A stretch of DNA of 64,000 nucleotides from Raillietiella orientalis (lineage: Eukaryota): NCBI GenBank assembly GCA_036172245.1, contig JAYWIR010000004.1, positions 5,518,001 to 5,582,000 of the forward strand, written 5' to 3'. This document shows, one piece after another, positions 12,442 through 23,600 of this stretch. Both the position numbers and the translations under genes were made by a program. Each line of letters starts with the position of its first letter. Positions within the stretch are counted from its first letter, which is position 1. The notes under the pieces are model-generated. The model did not search any database. It saw only the letters and a list, made by a program, of their open reading frames with translations, and was not told where the DNA came from.

Positions 12442-15400
12442 ATGAACAGATCTTCTGTTAAGTCGACGCAGAATCACAGTATTCGTGAGCATAAAAATGA
12501 GCCTCATTGCCTGAACATCGAATGCCAGAAAAACAGCGATTTGGTGAAAGCATCAGCATTTTCACGTGCATATTTTTCTTCAACGAATAAAAAGTTCATT
12601 TGTTTAGATTGCAAAAAGATCGCTGATGCCAAATTACAAGTAAGAAAGAAATTTTCTAATAATTTCCGTTGTTATCGTTAGAAATTCTAGTTTGTAAAAT
12701 TGAAGTAAAATGTGATTAAGTAACCGTTTATCAACTAAATATCTGACATTTGAGTACCAGAATGCTAGGACCTTTTGTAAGCTGATGTGTTGTAATTTTA
12801 AGCATATGTGTACAATTAGTGAATGTGTGAACTGAAGCCTGTTACAATCTTGTGCCATGAAAAAGTATTCCCAAAAGAACCGATTCATTCTGTCCAGAAG
12901 AAAGTTATTAATCCCAAGTAATTGAGGTATGCATTCGGTGAAGCAAAGACGATTTGCAGTGTGTTGGCAAATACAGTTTAGCAAAGACCATTGTCTTTGC
13001 TAGACTGTAGATGGTTCTCAAAGTTACCATTAAAAATCGGAAATCTCGAATTTTGTTTCTCCATAGTTTGGAGAGAACATGGAGACTAGTGAATGAAACT
13101 TGAGATTAGTAAATAATTGAGGGAAGAAGAATGGATATAAATTTATTGTTCTGTTTATTTCTAATTTTTTTTAGAGGGGATTTGTTTAGAAGCTTGATTC
13201 ATGATTATTTTTCAAAGATTGGAACAAGCTAGTTAATTTGCCACAAAAGAAACCGGAAGACTGAAGTGTTTTTAAAAGCAAATGAAAAATTCTCAATTTA
13301 ATTCGAAAACTGATTGATATAGAACAATGAATTTACGAAGTAAAGTCTCAATTTTAGGCTAGAATTTCAGAACTGTTAATAACATAAACATTGTCGAAGT
13401 AATCCTATGATTTCGGGACTTTTTATAGGTATTTGAAAATGGTGTTTAAAATATACCCAAACAACAGTTTTACTTGTCATGGAAGAGAAAATAATGATTG
13501 ATTGGTATCAAAGAATTAAAATGTTCCAGCCATTTTGTATACTATTTTCCTAATTCTTTCATTTGACGATCCTTAAATCCGTTTTCCAAGATCTGATATT
13601 TCTTTCGGTAGCTTTCATTTGTAATCCGTAATTCATTTGCTTTTCTGGTCAATTAGGAAAAGTCATGAATAGGAAAAGTGAAATAGAGAAATGCTGACTA
13701 TCCAATAAATTGCTTATTTTGTAACATTAACACAGTTTCATGGAATCTTGTATGTGTTTATGGCGATGTAGGTGTTGCACTATTGAATTACATACTAGGA
13801 AGAAGTTCAGCAAAAAATGTTTTTTTTTTTTTTTCCGATCCTGTTTCTGAATAAAGTCTAATATGGGGACAGTATTGATTTTTTTGTGATTTCGTTTTAA
13901 GGTTTGATTTATTTTCTTGCCAGCTCATTTTTTTGTCCATAGCTGATGATCTGGTAATATCTTTGCATCTTATATACAAAGTGTGTATTAACCTCTTCAA
14001 ATATGCCGATGTGATTGATGATTAGCTGGGTGTCAGATTGATAAACAGTTTGAAATGGTTGTTTCAGTGGCTTTCAACAGCACTGAAAGAGAAGGTGACT
14101 GTGCTGCAACATGCACATCCAGTCCTTTTGGATACAGTGGTACTTTTGGATTCAGATGAAGACATTGGTAAGGAAATGTGCCTACTTCACACCAAGGCTT
14201 TTTTCGTGTGTGTGTGCAGATGCCAACAGCGAATCCTCGGAATCCGAATTGGAATTCAATTTTCCAGATATAAATCAGGAAGTCAATAAAATTATTGATG
14301 ACTTTCATTTACCTTATCAACTGGATGAAGGTCTAAACCATTTTGCTGAAAATGCAGCTAATCTTGATGGTGGGTTGCTGAAAAAATTATATTACAAGTT
14401 TTTGCTTAGCCACTTTGCAGGAAATTCAAAATAGTCTTGATGGCATGCAGAAACAAATCGATAGCAGTCGAAGTGCTTTCTATCAAATTCATCAGCTCAG
14501 CATACAAGTAAATGAAATGCTCATCAAAATCAACTCATCTTATAATATTTGATTTTGTTTTTCAGGAGCTCCCACCTGTTCAGATTGTAGATGTCAATTC
14601 TGGTTATCTCCATGCTGATTTAGGAAGTAGGAAAATACCACTTACAGCTAATATTCCCGAAGTATTTTTAAGAAGCACAAAGAATGATCTATTAATTTTT
14701 GCACAGACACGAGATGTAGTAGCAGTAGGTCGAGTACAAACTGATATGGCAAATCTTCCTCCCATTGGTCCTTATCCTCATCATGAATTGCAACTAAATG
14801 AAATGGTGTATATGAGTAGCAATGGTCTCACTAGTAGTTGGATTCCAGTCAAAATTATGGCCATTACCAAAACAATGAAAGAGGTATTGTCATCCTGCTG
14901 ACTTCTTTTAAGGGATTAGTAGGTCCAGTATAAATTGCGCACTGACCCCAATGGGCGGAAAGGAGGGCAAATATGTGACCAAACAGCACGGTTCCTGGCT
15001 TATTTCGAACCTTCACCAACACGGCTGAGAGTAGGGTATCGAGTTATTGCCTATTATGCTGGAGGAAGTATTCGGGGAGGTGACGACTCTCCTGGTTTCT
15101 ATTCTGGAGTAGTTGCTGAGTCCCCCAATGTAATCAATCATTGTAGGCAAGTCCTAATTGAACTGGGTTTCTGAGGAAGGCATTTAGATATCTCATCTTT
15201 TTTGATGATGGTCTCAGCCAGTATCAGCAGCATAGTGACTTGCGAGTAGTATGCCAAGCCTCTAAAGATGTTTGGCAAGACTGCCGTCCTGAATTTGGCA
15301 CATTCATCCAGCATTACTTGGAGCAGTATCCAGAGCGTCCTATGGTGCGGCTACAACCAGGCCAGATCGTGAAGACAGAATGGAAAGGTCACTGGTATCC

Positions 15401-17647
15401 TGCTCGTGTATTGGAAGTGGATGCATCGTTAGTTAAAGTTAGTCTAGAGCAAGTACGTCGTGTAGAGTGGATATACCGTGGATCCACAAGACTTGGCCCT
15501 CTTTATTCAGAGCAGCACAGGCATGGACAGCATCGTCGGCGCTTGTTTTTTGTTGATCCCAGCAAAAGAGTGAGTCAGAGAGTGTAATTTTGAATTATTC
15601 GTTGTCTATTTTCTAGAAAAATCTTCCATATGTGGAATACACTCGAGGCATGGATGACCTTCACGAAGTTTTACCAGAAGGAGAAAACCAACAAGAACAG
15701 GAGGTCCTTTCCAAAGGGTTTGAAAATCAAGTTGCTCGTAAACAGACCACAGTGCGTGCTGTTGCTCGGAAAAGTACGGCCAAAAAGATTGAAAGCTCAG
15801 GAATAGAACACTTAGAATCATCAAGTGAAAGCTGGGGGATCATTGAGGTAAGCAGATGTCATGTTGCTGTTGGTAAAACTGCCTATTTTCAGATGCGTAA
15901 GAATCCAAATCAGAATGGTCTTAATAAGTATGTACCACATGAATGTGGCCCTGCTTGCTGTGAAAATTTGTTACCTAAGCTAACCAGCTGCCAGAAGGAT
16001 AATCCTCTTTTGTTGCCCATTTCATTGGGATGGAATAGGTATCATGCTTTTGAAAAACAGAGTGCTTTAGCAGTTTTAGGTGCATTTTGAAGCACAAATC
16101 AGGAGCTAAGCGTCAAGTGGCTTATCGAGCTCCTTGTGGTAGGCAGTTACGTTCCTTAAATGAAGTATTCCACTACATGCAGTTGACTTGTTTCCCCCTG
16201 GGTATTGATCATTTCTGCTTTGATTCTTGGGTTAAAGTATTTGCCCAATTTAAACCTCTGAATTTAAAGCTTGAAATTAAGGTAATTGAATATGAGCCAG
16301 AGAAACACTGTGTGGATAGGACATTTCATATGGCAAAGAGAGTGCTCCAGTATCATGTGTTAATTCCTTGGATGAATATTATCCTATTTATGCTGAGTAT
16401 TGTACACAGCGACTGCCAACAGCCGGTGTACATCTCAATCTGGATCCAGAATTTTTAGTAGGCTGTGACTGCAAGGATGATTGCCGTGATCGAAGTAAAT
16501 GCAGCTGTTGGCAGTTGACCCTAGAAAGTGCCAGATGCAACAGTACAGCAGAGTCAGTGGATGTGTCCACAATTGGTTATGAGCATCGGCGTTTAAAAGA
16601 AGCTGTCATTTCTGGCATTTATGAATGTTATTCTCGTTGCAAATGCTGTGTGCGCACTTGTGTAAATCGTGTAGTACAGCATCCATTGCAAACACGATTG
16701 CAACTTTTTAAGACTCGCTACAAAGGTTGGGGATTGCGCTGTTTAGATGACATTCCACAAGGTGCTTTCATCTGTGTGTATGCAGGACAGTTATTGACAG
16801 AACAAGGGGCCAATGAGGCATGTATTTAAGCCCCTGTGCAACATATGCTTATCTCTTATTTAATAGGATGGAAAAACATTTGGTGATGAGTATCTGGCTG
16901 AACTGGATTATATTGAAGTGGCTGAGGGATACAAAGAAGGATATGAAAGTGATATTCTTGAGGATGAAGATATGAGCCAAGAAAAACGCGTTAGCAAACC
17001 TCCAGCTAGTGATGGTGATAGTGGGGATGATGCTCGTTATAAACATCGTGAATCTGATGAAGACTTTGTACCCAATGTTTCTTTGGAAAAGAAACAATCT
17101 GCTATGTGGACAAGGTAGGAGAATGGAATGTTGTATTATTCTAATTACACTCAATTTAGACATAAATCTCAAGAACGCATTGACGAAAAAGTAAATGATA
17201 CAAATAATGGTAAGCATGGGGCATGCAAAAAGTTAAATGATGAAGACCAGATATAGCAAATCGTCGTCATCTACAAAAGATGTCGCTAGAACCAAAGTCT
17301 AAGGGACCATTAACCACCAGAGAGATGTTTGATAAAGGAGAATGCTGTTATATAATGGATGCAAAAAGTATTGGGAATATTGGACGTTATCTAAATGTGA
17401 GTGCTTATGTTGAACATTCATTATATAAATTGTCTCGTAGCATTCATGCAATCCAAATGTATTTGTGCAAAATGTGTTTGTTGATACACATGACATTCGT
17501 TTTCCATGGGTAGCATTTTTTGCACTCACATATATTCGAGCTGGTACTGAGCTCACATGGGATTACAGCTATGAAGTCGGCAGTGTTCCCAACAAGGTGC
17601 TATACTGCTATTGTGGGACATCAGAGTGTCGTGGTCGACTGCTGTGA
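12442..17647 (+). CDS. SETDB1: Histone H3K9 methyltransferase SETDB1/eggless (Tudor x2, MBD, pre-SET, split SET, post-SET), 1065 aa
   Basis: Exons 12442-12639, 14068-14167, 14220-14369, 14410-14507, 14566-14883, 14923-15146, 15188-15569, 15617-15847, 15893-16038, 16080-16281, 16320-16817, 16867-17114, 17160-17209, 17251-17396, 17441-17647. CDS 3198 nt, phases consistent. Motifs: Tudor [17 protein letters not shown] and [30 protein letters not shown]; pre-[39 protein letters not shown] ... [14 protein letters not shown] ... ELTWDYSY; post-[16 protein letters not shown]. The first four exons are less certain than the rest. Confidence 0.96.
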
Positions 17648-17655
17648 ATGATGGA

Positions 17656-20600
17656 TTAGCCACAAATTGAAACATCAGTAGTGCAAGATTTGGCATGTGG
17701 TGATAAAAACAGTTTCCCTGATTTGCATGCACATAACTGATGCACAGTTTGCAATGAGGATTTGTGCATGGTTTTTTTTGAAATCTTCAGATTTGGCATG
17801 GCAATGTTTTTGCTGTCCAAGTAAATCTGTTGACACTTATAGAAAACTGCTACATGAAAAGTATTTATACCGTTCCTTTTGTTGCTTTTAGAACTATCCC
17901 AGTTAAGCATGTAGCAATTATATCACCAGCACGTGATTCAAGTGTAATTCCTTTAGGAGCTGACATTTCTAGTGTTCTTGTTAATGATTCCAAGCTATTT
18001 AAAGAAAATCATATAGAATACATAATTCCTGTACCGTAGTGAATGTCCATGTTTTGCTCTTATATGAGGAGTTTGTACAGATCCTTCAAAGCTAATTCCT
18101 GTTGACCCTAAAACCGTAAAGTAATCAGCGTGTATTTATTTAAAAAAAATTGGTTATAATTAAATAAATAATATGAACATGGTTGAGAACTCAAATTAAT
18201 TTTACAAGTGGACATATAAGCAAAAAGCAAGATGGAACAAGAGAATGCATTTTTGCTTTAACTGAGAGAAATAGAAAAGAAAACTAATAAATGTGTGAAT
18301 TCCTGACTGCTATTTAACATCAGGAGAACGTTACGTTCTCCTGATGAACAGAAATGTTACAAGCAGCTCCACTTTGGTGCAAAAACATTTTCCAATCCAT
18401 TTCCAGCCAAAGAATTAAGTGGCATGACGAGCTTTCGTAAACACGATTAGATTTAACAAATACAAGAGAGTAAGATGCAGGGATTTCACCATGACAGCAA
18501 TCCGGATGTTTAGATTGCTTTTAAGATTTTTTTTTTTTTTGAAAAAAAATTTCCCGCGGAATATGGTTTGTCAAACAAGTGTAACCCATGTTCACGGAAA
18601 TGCACAAGAACCGAGTCGAGACTTGTTAGTAAGTGGGAGTTTAAGAATGAATTCTGAGCGCATACATTAAACAGCTTTCCAGTACTCTATATTTTGAGGC
18701 CGAAGAAGAGTTGCAAGGTTTTATTTCCTACGCTAATTTCAAAGGAAGCATCGGTGTGTGCGCTACATATGCATAGCTATTGTCGTCTAACAGGTTGCAT
18801 ATCCTTAGCCCATAAACCATTCTAAAAAGTAAGCCTCTACAAATGGATGGAATAAGACATCATTATGGCGAAATTTTAGAAGAACTGGCACTGAAACTAT
18901 TCTCAGTGATACTGGCTTTAAGATACATGCAATCCGATGCAAAGTTCAAATGCAGTAGTTTGCTGCAGAAATATGAAAGTCGTGAACAGCATAGAGTCAC
19001 TAAATTCCGTATATCTACTTGCATCAGGAAGATCTCATCCTCAATCCCCTTAAAACTCTTTTCGGTTTTCCTTGCTTTCCTCCTCGGTGCTTCACAAGAA
19101 TGTTTGGTGGACTTAGTTCGACTCTAATTTAGTGTAATCATGACTGCTTTAGAGCCTCCAAATGGTCGCCATTAAGTCTGACAAAAGTTCAGTCATTTGG
19201 TCATTCGGTAAGGCTCAACTTTCCATGACCAGGCAGCATCATTGCCCTCGGAACAAGCATTTTGTTTAATTCATTTTCAACCCATTCCTATCTAAGCAAT
19301 CACCTGGACCCTTAAAGCACAAAACTTTCTGCCTAAGGGGTTTGTACTTCTGTCACATCCTTGCAAAGTAAGAAATAGAAGTTACTGTAATGTTTTAGAA
19401 ACAACGCATTGTGTAAATAGTAGCATGTTGCCACATATGAGGTAATAAAACAAATATTCCAAAGTTAAATAATAAACAGCTATTTAGTAAAACTACAGGG
19501 TGTTACGGGTGTTCACACATAAACTCAAGAAACTAAATAGGAATAGAAAAAAAAGATTAAAGGTAAAGGTAGATTTTTTCATACAGGATTTGAAACCATA
19601 AGAAAAAAAAAGAAAGCCGATAGCGTTGGTATTTATAAATGCAATTAATATTATTTTTGCACTTCATTGTTCAGCTGACAATCTTCCTCCCTGTTTCCTT
19701 CAGTTTCTTCTTAACTGAAACGTAAAAGATACTACGTAATGATAAGAGTAAGGTAGCATCGTATGTAGAGCATAGGTGGAATAAAAAAAAAAAAAAAAAC
19801 AGAATTGGAGACAAAAACGAAAACTCAAGCAGATAATCGCGCCAAGTATGATTTAACTTTGTTACAGAATAAACGCAAAAAAAAAAAAAGAAAAAAAACT
19901 AAATACTCGACTTGTTAAAAATGCATCATAAAGAGATTATTTATGAATATGAATTGGTGTTTTACGTTTGATCTGTCTTGTCCTAATACTATCTCCAAAT
20001 CTGTTGCAATATTTCATTCAAAGTTAACTTTAATTTTCAAGGATGAAAAAAAAACGTGAGTGAGTGAATGTGGATGGAAAAAAATGTGAATTCTTTTTGT
20101 GAGTTTTTGTTATTTTTATTAGCTTTTTTCTCCCCCCTGCTCGTGCAGATTTTCCTGTATTGTCATTTAACCATAATGTAAACTTTGTAGTGGTATCTCC
20201 GATATCGTTGAAGCATGATTTTGATGAATTAAATCAACAGCATCTTTAAGCAGAAAGTTCCTTCACTATCCGGTTTGCAGCTGATCCTTCATTGATCCTT
20301 AAATGCGATTCCAAACTCATCCAGTGTTTCCAGATTTTTCATTAGAAATTAGTACTAATTTACCAACATCAAACTACTTCATTTGCCAAGGTTTCACACA
20401 GTGGGTTTTCTTCCTGGAGAGTATCGCCGCCATTTTGGAAACGTGGATTATGTTATGTGGATCCTGATTGTCCACGAAATTGCTGCCAATAATTTCGTGC
20501 AATATATGCATGTTGTCAGAGCAAAACCCTGGCATAATGGTCGTGATCTATCTATTAAACTTGCAACATATTGAACTTTTTACGTTTTGACCATTAGCGA

Positions 20601-23600
20601 AGAAAAACTCGATGAAATGTGAAGTGCAGTCAGGCAGGAAACTCTCACTTGTCTTTTTGACCTATTGTTTTCCAAATTCTTGCATACAAAATTCACTGAC
20701 CTGACGCACAAATTGAATGTATGCATTGCTAATTCGAGAACTTGTAATAAACTGATTTTAGGTTTAAAAATGCCAAGCTTGTGCAGTGCGGATCAATGGT
20801 ATATGTACACTAATAATTGTGTCTGTAGTAACTTATTGCAGGCACTATGCCACATACGAGGCCTGAATCAGAAAGGGTATTGAGTTCTTTGCTCCTTGAC
20901 GGCTGTCGATTTTCTTAATAGTTCGCGTTCTCAGCTGCCGCAGTATATCCTGTGGCTTCACAAGGATTTCTTTTTCGTTTTTCTGTCCGAGTAGTTATGT
21001 AGACACAAGAAGAACCAGCAATGCTTCGTGATGCTCGATGTTCTTCAGTAAGGGATGAGGAAACATTGAAGTGCACATTTCTTTTCAGCATGGCTCGTTA
21101 TTAGTTGCGAGCAACACGTATGTCCAACAGTAAACATGTTGTCGCAGGCTTTCTCAGTGGAGTCGGTCAATACCTGAAGAATGTTGCGGAGCTCCACGAA
21201 TATGTATTGGTCTCATTTACATCGAAAGCACGCTTAGATGTTTTCCTGCACCTTAGGGTTGAAAATGGTTCACAACTTCAGAGTTCGAGCTCTCGGTGGC
21301 CACCAGCTTTGCTTCAGTAAACCGCCGTCCTATGCTGCTCCCCACTGTATGTACATTCGTGGAGTGCTTGCATTCAAGCGTACTGCTTGTTATAGAGAAG
21401 ACCCATTCCACCATCTTATAACTGCCCCTGGATGCATAGGGATAAAATCTCTACACTCTGCTCTCCTGTTATCAGTTTCGATGTTTTCAGATAAACCCTT
21501 GGCATGCACGACCAGAACATTATCATGATGATATCGAAATATTTGTGACCATTCCATCATTGAAATACTGTACTCGCTTGCAGTATTATTTTATTCGTTT
21601 TTCCTTTATGGAAAAATGGCAGACGGGACTGTTGTCCGCTCTGTCCTCGAAAAGGGAACATATTGTCCTGTAAACCAGTATTAGGTCTCTTCCTTCTTCC
21701 AGCACCGATGTCTTACGTAGCTTACTCATTTTCCCAACCACAATGTTGAAGATACATAAATAATATTGATAAAATTGATCCGAATTCTTCGGCTATTTTG
21801 TTTTCATTTTTCCTGAAAGTTGTCCTTATTATCTTCTATCTTTCTAAAGGTGCTTTCTCTGCGACGAAATTCGTTTCTTTTTGGCTTTTTTTTTTGTTGT
21901 TGCTGTTTCTCATCACTTCAAAGAAGAGCGTAGCATGTTGAATTTTCAATAAGTTTCTCCAGATTCTGCCTGTCCAATTTTTTATAGCAAGAAAGTACAG
22001 GGCAAACCTAGTGATCTTCCTGATTTCTAGAAAGCGCCATGGAAGCCCTATAGAAATCGATATGCTCTTTCTTGGGTTTCCCTCAAAAATCAGCCATTTT
22101 GTGCTCGTTGCAGCAGCGATGGCGAAATGCAAATCTGTCGTCACTTATCAAAAAGTACAGCTCCTTCACCTGAAAGACCTTTCGTGTTGCTCACGAAATG
22201 GCTTTCTGGAAGATTCGAAGTCACAAGATTTCGTTATTGGGAATTCCAGATCAGGCTGGCTCAGGAAACCGACTGCTTGTGAAGGGACACGTTTTCCTTC
22301 GAACATGTAAGTGGAACGTTTGCGATCCCCCTCTTGAGAAATCTCACTCACAAGAAACTTCTACGGATTTGCCAGATTTCAGCTCCAGGATAAATGTTGT
22401 TTCTACTTTATTTTGATGACCATGTAGGCTCAAGAGTCACAACTCCACGTAACCTAACCATTGCGACGAGAAGCAGCCCCGCGACCAAATCATGTGTGGA
22501 CGAAATTGATTCTTCTTATGATGTCTCTGAAGAGTCTATAAAGAACACGGGGGTGTAAAGCCTTTTGTATCTTGCAGCGAAATTCTTCGTCCGACATTTT
22601 CTGTGAGATACAAAAACCTTTTGAGGATGTTCTTGATTGTTTTATGTCGAGGGATGCCGTTTTTACGCAGAGGTCTTGACATCGGGAAGACCATTGGAAG
22701 CCGTGCTGTGTATTAATGCACTGCCGATAACGCTGCGGTGCTCAGTTTGCTCAGTGCTCTTGGTTTGCTGCAGAGCACAGTAAACAGCTTGTAGCGAGAT
22801 GTTGTTCCTCTCTACCAGCTGATGCTTTGAAATCGCAAAGACTACGCACAGAAGACCAAACTAAATGTAACCCAAATCTGTTGTCAAGGTGTCCGATCTG
22901 CAAAATAAAACGTGTTTCGTTCTCGCTGATTATGAAATCAAGAAAGTATGTGCGGATCACTTTCGAACCACGTGCACAAATCTCCTCTCGTTCTCTTAAA
23001 ATGCAGGAAAACTGCCTTGAGCTGTTTTCTTTGTCGGACAGTCCGAACGCAGTTGCATTCCGGAGAATCTGCGACGCAATCCATACACTTCACACTTTGC
23101 CCTGAAGAAGAGAGAGCTGTCCTCTAGGCATCCCGAGCTGCCTAGCAACGAATCTGCAAACTTCACCACCTTGATTCGGGTCTGCAATTATGAACTTCAA
23201 TCATGTTCCGGTCATTTCGTAGGAATTTATCCGCGTGAAACTTTGATGCGTGAGAAAGCTGAGTAGAGCGACTCGGCGCATCCGGCTTGCGGGTGGGCGG
23301 TAGAATTCTCTGCGACGTAGAGGACTGTTGTTGAGTGGTGGTGTGGAGGATTTCCTTCCCAGAGTGTAGGGAACAAGTAGCATAGCCGGCCGTTCAGATG
23401 CAAGTTGCCTAGGGCAAGAGAGGGGCAACCACCCCAGAGACGACAGCGCCATCGTACACGAGGATGGCAGCTCTGGAGGATACGGGAAAACGCACAATGT
23501 CAAGTCACGCGGCGGCACGGGAAATGCGCATTTATCCCAGTAAAAAATAGACCAAATGTACATGAGTTCCATGAGCAATAGTGCACTGCGAGACGGTCAT

